This document shows positions 38,978 to 48,323 of a DNA stretch of 64,000 nt, in pieces. The notes under the pieces are model-generated. The model did no database searches. It saw only the letters and a list, made by a program, of their open reading frames with translations, and was not told the origin of the DNA. The stretch spans positions 12,648 through 76,647 of the forward strand of contig LRSL01000058.1 in the NCBI GenBank assembly GCA_001563335.1, given 5' to 3'. The translations under genes and the position numbers were made by a program. Each line of letters opens with the position of its first letter. The first letter of the stretch is position 1. This DNA is from Candidatus Thorarchaeota archaeon SMTZ1-45 (GTDB lineage Archaea > Asgardarchaeota > Thorarchaeia > Thorarchaeales > Thorarchaeaceae).

Positions 38978-39859
38978 TCAGAGACCCCGTAAATAACTTG
39001 GCCTCAATCTACTTTCATCATCACTTCTAATTATATCTGATAGAACCTGCACCATTGCTTCTTTATCCCTGCCAAGTGTACCTCTAATTGGCAAGTAGTT
39101 TGAGGCGTGATTTGTCCTGAATATGCAATTCGTTAGCTCAAGTCCTTCAACTAGGATTTTGAGTTCCTTTAGAATATCCATTGGGTCCATTGGCTCAAAC
39201 TCTCGGTCTTTAATCATCTCGCTTATCCGTGTGCCTGGAGGTGTCATCAGCGTTAAAGCTCCAATGTATTCTGGATCAATTTCGTTGAGTGCTTTCGCTG
39301 TTGCCTGTGCATGTCGTTCAGAGTGTTCCAGACCACCGAGTCCGAGAATGATTGTGAGCGAAAGTGGTATACTCGCATTCCGAATCTTCTTGCATGCATC
39401 AATGTTCTCCCTGGAACCCACACCCTTTCTAGCCCAGCGTAGTAATTCATCATCACCTGTTTCAAGTCCTAGATACACAATGCCAAGACCTGCATCTTTG
39501 ATTGATATCAGGTTATCAACTGTCTTGTCCCGTACGTCTCTTGCATAGCCATAAATCCCTACACGCTCTAGCATTGGCAGCTCTGGTTTCAGTACATTCA
39601 ATGTTTTGATTAATTCGTCAGTTGACATAGCAAGAGCATTACCATCAGCTAAAAAGACTCGTTTTACATGTTGCTTATACTCATGAGGAAGTGTGTTCAA
39701 ATCTGATTGTACACCTTTTGCACCTCGAACCTTGTAGCTCTTCTGTTTATATGAAACACAAAAAATGCAGGCATTATGAGAACATCCTACTGTGGCTTGA
39801 AGTATTAAACTTCTAGCCTCACTCGGAGGTCTCCAAATACTTCCTTCATAGGGGAGCAT
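38978..39859 (-). CDS. Radical SAM protein
   Basis: RPPSEA, GCSHNACIFC, FLADGNA, YLGLETG and NHASNY motifs. Confidence 0.9.
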   Translation of the reverse strand: MLPYEGSIWRPPSEARSLILQATVGCSHNACIFCVSYKQKSYKVRGAKGVQSDLNTLPHEYKQHVKRVFLADGNALAMSTDELIKTLNVLKPELPMLERVGIYGYARDVRDKTVDNLISIKDAGLGIVYLGLETGDDELLRWARKGVGSRENIDACKKIRNASIPLSLTIILGLGGLEHSERHAQATAKALNEIDPEYIGALTLMTPPGTRISEMIKDREFEPMDPMDILKELKILVEGLELTNCIFRTNHASNYLPIRGTLGRDKEAMVQVLSDIIRSDDESRLRPSYLRGL

Positions 39860-40018
39860 TGAACATCACTATAATTAGGATTCAGAGAATAACTCCTCAT
39901 CATCTTTTGGGTCTAACGTATGAACTAGAAACTGGCTGAGAATAGCAATGGTTTTTCGAGAATTCCATAAGGTCAAAAGGACAAAATTGTCAGGGTGAAA
40001 ATCCGAGGTTTGATTTAG

Positions 40019-40807
40019 ATGACAAACCATGAAGATGCATTTGAAAGGACTGAAAAAATCATTAATTACTTTCATCAACTTTTAGTAATGGCAAAAGAGG
40101 AGGGAGACATCGGTTTTGCTAGTTTTAACACCGTATTTGACAAACTGATGCCCATCCAACAAAATAAGCTCAAAACAATAGTGGGTAATCAATTTGAAAC
40201 TCTAATGAATAAAGGTTCCATTGTCTGTATAGGAGTGAGTTATAGAGGTCCAATCATGGATTGCATTAATTATGTAACAGAGGATGGTGTTGATTATCAA
40301 CTCTGGAATAATTACGCATCGGAATACAATAGGCTCAACCAAATGCTCAATCAAATGTCTAAAGACATAGCTACTCATTTTGGTGGTATACCATTAGATG
40401 CAACAATCGGAGGTATAATCGATAAGATCAATCACGTATCAGATTATTTTGGGATGGTTCTTTCTCATAGGATCGTCGCGGAAAACTCCGGATTAGGATG
40501 GCGTGGAAAAAATCAATTAATCATTCATGACCGATTTAGTTGTGCTATCCGATTTGCATCCATCATTGTACCTTACCCACTGAAATATGGTGAGAAAGGT
40601 GAATCACAGTGTGGCTCTTGCACTGCATGCGAAGATGTTTGCAGTTTCATTAGGAACAGAGAAAAATTGCCAGATTATCGTGAAAACTGCAGAAGATATA
40701 TTCTACATCTCAAATTACAGGGAATCGAGAGAGACATCTGTGGGAAATGTATCAAAGCTTGTTACCTGAGTAGCATCTTCAAAGATGTATTCGAACTTCC
40801 GCTCTAG
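40019..40807 (+). CDS. QueG/reductive-dehalogenase-like 4Fe-4S protein
   Basis: SHR..A..SGLGWRGKN, CGSCTACEDVC and CGKCIKAC motifs. Confidence 0.78.
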   Translation: MTNHEDAFERTEKIINYFHQLLVMAKEEGDIGFASFNTVFDKLMPIQQNKLKTIVGNQFETLMNKGSIVCIGVSYRGPIMDCINYVTEDGVDYQLWNNYASEYNRLNQMLNQMSKDIATHFGGIPLDATIGGIIDKINHVSDYFGMVLSHRIVAENSGLGWRGKNQLIIHDRFSCAIRFASIIVPYPLKYGEKGESQCGSCTACEDVCSFIRNREKLPDYRENCRRYILHLKLQGIERDICGKCIKACYLSSIFKDVFELPL

Positions 40808-40877
40808 ATTTGTTGCAAGATTAATAACCATTCAGGAGTAACTGTAGGTAAGTAGATTGTTGTTCTTGTAGAGCAAT

Positions 40878-41633
40878 ATGGGAATCATGGTCGGAGGCAT
40901 CAAAACGTTCACTAGTCTAGATTTGATTTCACTCTCAGTCGGAGTTTCACCTATCAACAGATTTAGCATATTATTCTGGCAGGAACTAGAAGATTTACTA
41001 GGTCCCATCTTAGGACCCATTGTAAGAGGGTTCTTTGAACCAGTATATAGAACATTTGAAGACACTGTCTTTAGATCTCAGTTCATGTTTACAGTAATTT
41101 GGACTGCGATGATCATTTGTGGTCTGGTCTTTGTGATATATGAAGCTCCTAGTTTCTTGAGTTGGATCATGGGAACTCAACCTACAACACCCAAAAGACA
41201 AGCAACCTCTAGGCCAAGTAAAACACGAGCTCAACGAGTTTCAGAGGATTCCCATAGAGTCACAAAATCCAAAGTACAGGAAGAGCGAGAGCGATTAAAA
41301 GCTGTAGTTGAAAGATCGGGAGTCAAGGTTCATTCCTCAGTCAGACGAATGAAAGAAGAGCTACTTCTAGATGTGTCTGTACATAACGGAAGTAATCATC
41401 AGATTGACATGGTGGTTGTAGATATTGACCTGCCTGTTGATATTAACACGGCAATTGGGTCTTTCAGAATGCAAAGACTTGGTACAATTGGAGTCGATGA
41501 AACCCAAGTTGCTGAGTTCAGACTTCAGGAACGTGGGGGCGATATCACTAAAATCGGTGGTCATGTTGAGTTTCTTAGTGCCTCTTATGAAGTATCAAAG
41601 ATAATGCTGCCACAGCCAGAGATTGTGGAATAG
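40878..41633 (+). CDS. Hypothetical membrane protein with a C-terminal beta-sandwich-like domain
   Basis: TM segment (FMFTVIWTAMIICGLVFVIY), a charged linker and a beta-rich C-terminus. Start uncertain. Confidence 0.65.
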   Translation: MGIMVGGIKTFTSLDLISLSVGVSPINRFSILFWQELEDLLGPILGPIVRGFFEPVYRTFEDTVFRSQFMFTVIWTAMIICGLVFVIYEAPSFLSWIMGTQPTTPKRQATSRPSKTRAQRVSEDSHRVTKSKVQEERERLKAVVERSGVKVHSSVRRMKEELLLDVSVHNGSNHQIDMVVVDIDLPVDINTAIGSFRMQRLGTIGVDETQVAEFRLQERGGDITKIGGHVEFLSASYEVSKIMLPQPEIVE

Positions 41634-41640
41634 AGTCCGA

Positions 41641-42156
41641 TTAATACATATCATATCCGGATGACGCCAGTCTTTGTTGTTCGTCAGAACCTCCACGGAG
41701 CATAGCTGTTGATTTCATGTATTCTCCATAATCTTCCCCAAATCTTGAGAGCATCATCTGATCCTCATAACGTGCCAAGATGTACCAAACTGCTATGCAA
41801 ATTGCCACAGCTGGAATCATCATAAAAGACCTATAGAAACAGGCATAGGCGAGATTCATGTAGATCATGGCTGCAGATATTGGTTGTCTGATTTTAGCAT
41901 ATATTCCCTTGCTTAGAAAGTCTTCAAGATCAGCAGGTCTGATTCGAGATTCTTTGAAACTATGTGCTTTGGTTAGATATCGAATGAATTTCAAGCTAAA
42001 ATAACATCCGCCCATAACGAAAATGAAATCCCAAAGATCTGCAGTGGGTTTCATCAATCCCGCACCATACCATAACAAACCTGCAAAGTTGAAGATTGCT
42101 AGTAATGGCCGCCAGAAGTTATACATCCCAATTGGTCCTGATGTATCTGAACTCAT
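41641..42156 (-). CDS. ICMT/PEMT-family membrane methyltransferase-like protein
   Basis: GIYAKIRQP and ED..M..RFGEDY.EY motifs. Confidence 0.75.
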   Translation of the reverse strand: MSSDTSGPIGMYNFWRPLLAIFNFAGLLWYGAGLMKPTADLWDFIFVMGGCYFSLKFIRYLTKAHSFKESRIRPADLEDFLSKGIYAKIRQPISAAMIYMNLAYACFYRSFMMIPAVAICIAVWYILARYEDQMMLSRFGEDYGEYMKSTAMLRGGSDEQQRLASSGYDMY

Positions 42157-42717
42157 CTCTCGTTGTTACCCTCATATCTGATTTTATCTTGAAGAAAGAT
42201 AACTCTTAGCCATAACCTTGATTTTAAATTGATAAAAAGGGGTGTTTGAATAGCGGCGTATACCAACGAATAATTGCCATCATGATTAAAGAACCAAATC
42301 AAACATTATTCAATTTAGATTAGGTGGTTTACAGGAGTATGTTATATTATATCTCAATCTGGGCTTAAATGGGCTTGTAATTTTTTTGTACACGTTGTCA
42401 ATTTATCATTGTAAACGTTGATGAGATGATGTGACTTATCCGTAAGAATTCAGTGTAAACGTTAAGCTATTTCGCGCCATTCAAAAAGAGTGGAAGCTAG
42501 AACTCTAATGTATAAGCCTATTTGTATCGTATTTTCTTATTTCTATATTGATTTGTATTGATTATAGCCTAAAAAATCTCAATTTGTATTGTAATAGGCA
42601 ACTTTCATAGAATGGAATATGGCGCGAAAAGCTTGCGTTTACTATAGAAACCCTATTTCTTTATATTTGGGATAGCGTGTACTCTCTTTTGTCTACCGCC
42701 GGGAGGGTACGACACAT

Positions 42718-42987
42718 ATGATGATGTTCAGCAGAATGCTCAGACGACAGGGTTTCTATCGAGTTAAAAACCAAGACGACCCAGTATACATGAAGCACGG
42801 GGTTGGACTTGGTGGTATTTATGTGAGGATTGAACACAAAAAAGCGTTGATACAGGTTCGAGATCTTGGAATTGAAGAAGAGTTCACCAAGGTCAAGAAG
42901 CTTGAGAATTTTATCAATGAACTTGAAGATCAAGCGTATCGTGAGAAGTGTTTCATTGTCCATCGAATGCGAGGCACTGGGTCCTAA
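42718..42987 (+). CDS. Small basic hypothetical protein (89 aa)
   Basis: GGGAGG RBS at 42701-06, TATA at 42660-66 and a protein-like sequence. Confidence 0.75.
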   Translation: MMMFSRMLRRQGFYRVKNQDDPVYMKHGVGLGGIYVRIEHKKALIQVRDLGIEEEFTKVKKLENFINELEDQAYREKCFIVHRMRGTGS

Positions 42988-43006
42988 TTCTCCTCTCTCT
43001 CTTTAC

Positions 43007-43059
43007 TGGCCTGGCGAAAACTCGCTGGGCCACTCTCACTCTAACTATTTTGAGAGTGG
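43007..43059 (+). terminator. Two adjacent hairpins 3' of the 89-aa gene
   Basis: TGGCCTGGCG/CGCTGGGCCA (43007-32, G-U pairs on the + strand) and CCACTCTCA/TGAGAGTGG (43030-59), after a CT tract. Confidence 0.45.
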
Positions 43060-43086
43060 TTCTTATACTAAACCACAGAATCCAGT

Positions 43087-44493
43087 ATGGGGCAGAATGT
43101 GAGAGATACCGTTGTTTCATTTCTTCGTGCAATCAACAATGGTGATTATGTTGCAGCTTTTTCTATTCTTGACAAGATAGTTACTGTAGGTGAAGTGGAA
43201 CTCTTCTCTATGATGTTAGAACAAATTATTCTGTGGGAAGGCAATCCTTCACGCTACAAATTGAAAGTTCGTGATTGTATTGCAGAATATCTTGGATTTG
43301 GAGCTGTGTATTTTGCTATTTTGAAGCCTTCATATGCTATATTCAAAATGGTGTCCGGAGTTTCAAGTAGAAAGGAAGCGCGAGATTTTCTAATTCAAAC
43401 CGTCATAGAATTGGTCACGAAAAATTCTCCCCTTGTCGATTTATCGTTTGTAGAAATAGATACACTGAAAGAAACGCCCTATGTCGTCCTAATCCCATAC
43501 ACATTATCAAAAAGAGCCTATGAGCTAGAAGGCTGTAAAATTCCATATTCATATCATCTCTCTACTTCTGGTGAGGAACTGAAACATAGATATTGTCTTG
43601 CAGATCTTCAACAGACTCACTATGGAAGGAAAATTCTGAATGCGTTCAATTTCGATGGTGATTATCCAATAATAGGACAATCTGACTTTTTAATACTCCA
43701 AGAGATTTTGCAGTCTTTCGGGTATGATGTGAGTTCAATGATGGTCGAAGTGTCTGAGGAAGATTGGTCCCAGCTCATCATGAAGAGAGTTCAATATCTT
43801 GGACTAAAGTGTAGGGAATCAGATGAAATGTGGCTCCTTCACACAACCTACATGGCAATGATAAGATTTGGATCTGAGGACATCAATATACGGGAAGAAG
43901 CTCTTAGAACTATTGAGGAGGTCGAAACCAAACATTGTAATGACGCGTTAGTACCATTACTTGGAAATGGTACAAAGTCTTTGAATTTGAGAGTAATTAG
44001 GATATTCGAATCTACACATGATTATTCAAAGATAGATTGTTTGTGTAGTCTGATTCCTGAATCAACTGGTGCTGAAAGGGAATCACTCTTCAAAGCTATC
44101 TCGGTCATTGAGTCGGCTCAATATTTCACACCTGGTGGAATTCCTTCAGCTCAACCAAGAATTGAAACGTCTACTGAAATACATAATCAAGAAGTGACTT
44201 CAAGATATCTAGAAGCTTTGAGCAAGCTCTCAAAAGCATCATCTCCCGATGCTAAAATTGACTCCGTTCAAGCATTATCTGCATTTCAAGAAAAAGGAAT
44301 AGAGAATCATCTCCGACGACTCATGGATGATGAAAATCCAAGAGTTAGATTTGCTGTACTGGAAGCTAGTCATGATCTCCCAAAAAATCAAGCAGCAGAT
44401 CTTGTCCGTTTGGGACTACAAGATGATGATGCTACAATTAAGAATAAAGCTCTAGACCTCCTTGAAGAAAGATGGTCAGATAGCTATTTGTAA
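43087..44493 (+). CDS. HEAT-repeat-containing protein
   Basis: C-terminal HEAT-like units (LMDDENPRVRFAVLEA, LQDDDATIKNKAL, EDINIREEAL). Confidence 0.75.
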   Translation: MGQNVRDTVVSFLRAINNGDYVAAFSILDKIVTVGEVELFSMMLEQIILWEGNPSRYKLKVRDCIAEYLGFGAVYFAILKPSYAIFKMVSGVSSRKEARDFLIQTVIELVTKNSPLVDLSFVEIDTLKETPYVVLIPYTLSKRAYELEGCKIPYSYHLSTSGEELKHRYCLADLQQTHYGRKILNAFNFDGDYPIIGQSDFLILQEILQSFGYDVSSMMVEVSEEDWSQLIMKRVQYLGLKCRESDEMWLLHTTYMAMIRFGSEDINIREEALRTIEEVETKHCNDALVPLLGNGTKSLNLRVIRIFESTHDYSKIDCLCSLIPESTGAERESLFKAISVIESAQYFTPGGIPSAQPRIETSTEIHNQEVTSRYLEALSKLSKASSPDAKIDSVQALSAFQEKGIENHLRRLMDDENPRVRFAVLEASHDLPKNQAADLVRLGLQDDDATIKNKALDLLEERWSDSYL

Positions 44494-44551
44494 AGCCAAA
44501 GAAAAGAAATAAAATAGCTAGCTATTTGTTGCTTGTTGAAGCTCTGAAGTA

Positions 44552-45754
44552 TCAAGCCTTTCTTAATTTTGAAACCAAATATCTTGGGGCAGCTGCAAGA
44601 ATTGCACTTCTGACTGGTCGTATTCCAGCAAGCATCTCTGCAATTATTCGAGTTGTTCTCTCTGAACTCAGAAATGTAGTGCCCAACGAACTTGATCCTG
44701 ATTCAAGGAATCGTTTTTGCAACCAGAGCCCCCACTTAAGATCAGAACCAAATGAGCTAGTCCATAATCGTTCATATCTAGATAGGCGATTGTCTGAAAA
44801 GTCTTTTTTTTGAATGCAATCTGCTGCAACATCGGCAGCACTATGGCCACCTAACATGGAATAGTAAATACCCTCTCCTGTAATGGGTGAACAATGACAC
44901 GCAGCATCTCCTGCAAGCATAATCCGGTTACCATATGAGGGTTTGACTATTCCTGCTAGAGGCATTAATGCAGCCTCTCTATTCACAAGCTCCGCTCTTG
45001 CATTCTGGAGTTCACTGGATGTAGGCTTCTTGTTTTCAACGAGTTCATCCAAATATGATATTGTTCTCTTCTTGCTCGTTCTAACTATTTCCACTATACC
45101 TCCAGTACCCAAAACGGTTTCATATTTGCGAGGAAATGACCAAGCATACCCCCTCGGAGAAAATTCACTCCCATAATAGAAATCATTCACAATTTCTAGT
45201 GGGTACTTTGTTTTCATTTGGTATTGAACAGCATATCCTATTTGTGAATTCATAGGTCGACTTCTTACTGGTGTAAATCGAATCGTAACTGGGTTTACAC
45301 CACTTGCATCAATGATGAGATGTGATGATAGTAAACCAGTTTCATTTCCCTTCGTGTATCTTACTGTACATTTATCCTTGGTAGCTTCTGTTTCCCCACA
45401 TTCGGTGTTAAGCCAAATCTCTTCAGAGCTTGTTTCTATTTGATTCAAAAGTGTTACACCTAGAACTTCTCGGCTGACGTTTACTCCAACTCGGTTTTCA
45501 AAATCAACTCTTTTCATTTCAAGTCCAGGGAACTTCATTCTGATTGATTTGACATCATGAGCGCTGGGGATTTGTTCCAGTCCAAATTCTTCTAACGCTC
45601 GAGCAGGAATATATCCTCCACATGCCTTGTAAGCTCCTGGTTTGTCCTCTCTTGAAATCAACGTGTACTCTATTCCATATTCTGAAAGCCTTTTCGCAGC
45701 TGAAAGTCCTGCAGGTCCTGCCCCAATTATTATTACATCTGTATCTACAGTCAT
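44552..45754 (-). CDS. Geranylgeranyl reductase family flavoprotein
   Basis: GAGPAG, KACGG, IIDASG, GYAWSFP, LAGDAA and PITGEGI motifs. Confidence 0.9.
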   Translation of the reverse strand: MTVDTDVIIIGAGPAGLSAAKRLSEYGIEYTLISREDKPGAYKACGGYIPARALEEFGLEQIPSAHDVKSIRMKFPGLEMKRVDFENRVGVNVSREVLGVTLLNQIETSSEEIWLNTECGETEATKDKCTVRYTKGNETGLLSSHLIIDASGVNPVTIRFTPVRSRPMNSQIGYAVQYQMKTKYPLEIVNDFYYGSEFSPRGYAWSFPRKYETVLGTGGIVEIVRTSKKRTISYLDELVENKKPTSSELQNARAELVNREAALMPLAGIVKPSYGNRIMLAGDAACHCSPITGEGIYYSMLGGHSAADVAADCIQKKDFSDNRLSRYERLWTSSFGSDLKWGLWLQKRFLESGSSSLGTTFLSSERTTRIIAEMLAGIRPVRSAILAAAPRYLVSKLRKA

Positions 45755-45837
45755 TCTTCTAGATGTTTTCTTGTGAAATGGTCCTAATATTTTTGGTCTA
45801 AATGATAGTAAACGTTAGAATTGTCTGAAATCATTTT

Positions 45838-45966
45838 AGCAAGATTTGCGTGTACTGACCTATGTTTTCTTCAAGGAGGGGTGTACCCCTGGCCAGCAAG
45901 GGGTGATTTTCTCGGTCAGTACACGCTTGCTCGCTATTTCCGTTTAAGTACACGTTGGTTTTTTTT
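45838..45966 (+). ncRNA. Candidate cis-regulatory leader RNA with alternative pairings and a U-tract
   Basis: Perfect 13-bp stem 45848-60/45914-26, inner ACCCCT/AGGGGT stem, a second AGTACACG at 45947-54 and T8 at 45959-66. Confidence 0.5.
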
Positions 45967-45978
45967 GAGGAGCACATC

Positions 45979-46134
45979 ATGAAGGGAGGAGAGAAACTGA
46001 GTCGAGAAAGTATGAAACTGTACTCGGACGCGAGATCTTTACTCCGGCTGATGCTACGCGACTATTTCAGGAGTGTGAAACAGAGCGTTTACTACATGTT
46101 ATTGATGTACACCTTGGTATATTGGACCTTGTAA
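45979..46134 (+). CDS. Putative 51-aa small protein with a hydrophobic C-terminus
   Basis: GAGGAG at 45967-72 before the ATG; MKGGEKLSRESMKLYSDARSLLRLMLRDYFRSVKQSVYYMLLMYTLVYWTL*. Below the ORF-track length cutoff. Confidence 0.35.
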   Translation: MKGGEKLSRESMKLYSDARSLLRLMLRDYFRSVKQSVYYMLLMYTLVYWTL

Positions 46135-46341
46135 TATCTAGAACATTGTATCTAACAATAGATCGTGTATCTCATTAGTCAAGATGGGCTTGTTTTGTAG
46201 AGTGATAATGGCAAAGATCGATATTTACTACCCTTCAGGAAAGCATTTAGAAATGAATTTCAGAGAGTTTTTTGGGTGTATTAACTTTTTTCGATAAGTT
46301 AACAATAGTTTAATCATTATAGTCTTATCGCTCAATTCTTG

Positions 46342-46972
46342 TCGATTTTTCGAAAGTTTTATTTAAACAATTAATTTTATTTTACAATAATTGTCTAAAT
46401 AATAATTATTCCTATATTTGGTACAAATAATACCATTATAAGGAATTACGAGGCACTATCAAATTATTAAAGATCCATAGGTAAAATCTTTGGTATTGAA
46501 TCTATGCCAAACTAAATACTATCAAGAGATCATAATCTAACCAACATTGTTGCTTGTTATTTTTCCACATACTCAATTTTCGTATTATATACATCATTAT
46601 ATAGAAACATCATTAAAGAAGCAGGGTTATTTACGCCAAAATGTAGTAGTACACGCATATTGAGTATGAGTGTATGCTTATTATAGCAATTCATTCTATA
46701 TCTATATTTGATAATCGAATATAAGTAAATTAGAGAAAATAATGTGTATATCTATAAATCAGTAATTTTGAATAAGATGAATCGAATATTGTTTTTCATT
46801 TTATTGGCGCATTTATATCTGATTCAATTATGAGTTCCTCTATATAGTTAATAATAGAATATATTAGGGGTATTAATTGAAATATATTAAATATATAACT
46901 AAAATATTTAATAATCAATTAATTATTAAAAATATAACCACTCAGTAAATAATCGCTTTCGATTTTTCGAAA
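46342..46972. repeat. 14-bp direct repeat flanking an extremely AT-rich ~600-bp core
   Basis: TCGATTTTTCGAAA at 46342-46355 and 46959-46972. Confidence 0.7.
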
Positions 46973-47350
46973 ACTCAAGAAAAAATAGTAGATGTCATTT
47001 GAAATGGCAGATCGTCATTTCTAATAACAGGTCAATAATCCTTTAATTTAAACGCAATCGAACCCATTAAAACGTGCTTGATACTACCTAAACGACTCAT
47101 AACACTGCTAATTACAAATGATTTGCTTTCATGCAAAGTAGTATTCTTCTATAGACAATATTGTGTAATAGCTTGCGAGAATATTTTCGTCAATACTCAG
47201 TCGCATATTCATTTATTTGTAGAATCGACGTGTACAATTCTGCCATCGTAAGGGACAGAGAGCAATGTCGCACACCAGCAGTTAGATACAAACTCTATTA
47301 ACATTGTAATCCTCCCGTGATAGACACAATTCCAAGGTTGGAATAGCCAT

Positions 47351-47713
47351 ATGGTCACAATCTTCATAGTTGATGATGAGGCGATTCTTCATAGACTCTA
47401 CAAAGATGTCTTCAGCATCAAAGGACACGAAGTTGTGGCAGATGCATATGATGGGTCTGAAGCAATTGAGAAATTCAGTGCTTTAGATCCTAAACCTGAA
47501 GTCATCATTTTAGACCATCGCATGCCCAATAAAGATGGCCTCCAAGCGATGAAAGAAATCCTTGAGATTGATCCCAAAGCTAAGATTGTTTTCATCAGTG
47601 CTGATGCAAATGTAAGGGAACAGGCTATGAACAAAGGTGCAGCAAGTTTTGGTCTGAAACCTGTGACTATTCGTCACATGCTAGACCTCGTTGAGAGTGC
47701 TGTGTCTGATTGA
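47351..47713 (+). CDS. Stand-alone response regulator receiver (CheY-like)
   Basis: IVDDE, ILDHRMP.KDG, ISA and KP motifs. Confidence 0.92.
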   Translation: MVTIFIVDDEAILHRLYKDVFSIKGHEVVADAYDGSEAIEKFSALDPKPEVIILDHRMPNKDGLQAMKEILEIDPKAKIVFISADANVREQAMNKGAASFGLKPVTIRHMLDLVESAVSD

Positions 47714-47791
47714 GAATCTATCTCGACAACATTGAGCTAAATCCTAGGGGGCAGGAATGATCTGACAGAAGTTCCGCATTCTGGTATCATC

Positions 47792-48139
47792 GTGGCAGGA
47801 GAGATTCCCCTATTGAGAGTTTTATTGAAAATGGCTCTTGAGGATGCAGGTTTTGATGTCGTGGGAGAAGCTGATGATGCCCAAAGTCTTATCGTAATTA
47901 GTCAATCCATGAATCCTTCAGTTGTTATTATTGATTTTAATATGGAACAGACAGACCTTGTCCGTCTCATTGAGGATTTGCTTGATATTGACCCAGTAAT
48001 TGCGATAATAATCATATCTGATCCTATAGATAGCGTAGGTGAAACTGTTCTTTCAGCTGGTGCAAGAGCATTTCTTCAGAAACCATTTAGTATGTATGAT
48101 ATGACTGATACTGTTAGGAAAGTAAAACCCATCTATTGA
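47792..48139 (+). CDS. Atypical stand-alone receiver domain
   Basis: GFDVVGEA, IIDFNM, GARAFLQKPF motifs. The acidic pair is replaced (IIVAGE). The frame is open upstream to a CTG at 47762. Confidence 0.8.
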   Translation: MAGEIPLLRVLLKMALEDAGFDVVGEADDAQSLIVISQSMNPSVVIIDFNMEQTDLVRLIEDLLDIDPVIAIIIISDPIDSVGETVLSAGARAFLQKPFSMYDMTDTVRKVKPIY

Positions 48140-48323
48140 CCAACATATGGCACATTTTCCATTTAGAAGCAATAATACATGATTGATTTTCAGTGCCCAA
48201 TACATCCTCGAAACCTATATCTCACGCTTTCACCCTTTTTTGCGAAGAAAACCACTAGAAGTCTTTTGATAGCCATATAAAGCCAAATCAAAGAGGAGCA
48301 GGAACTAGTAGGCTCATCAAAAA

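Noticed and set aside
39875-40078. 67-aa - strand ORF
   Set aside because: It overlaps the start of the QueG-like gene and has no motif.
42330-42357. dif-like site (TTATATCTCAA arm)
   Set aside because: Only one arm resembles archaeal dif; the partner arm is not a matching inverted repeat.
45969-46178. Alternative open frame (...YETVLGREIFTPADATRLFQECE...)
   Set aside because: Protein-like, but it has no start codon near its 5' end. The frame with an RBS and ATG was preferred.
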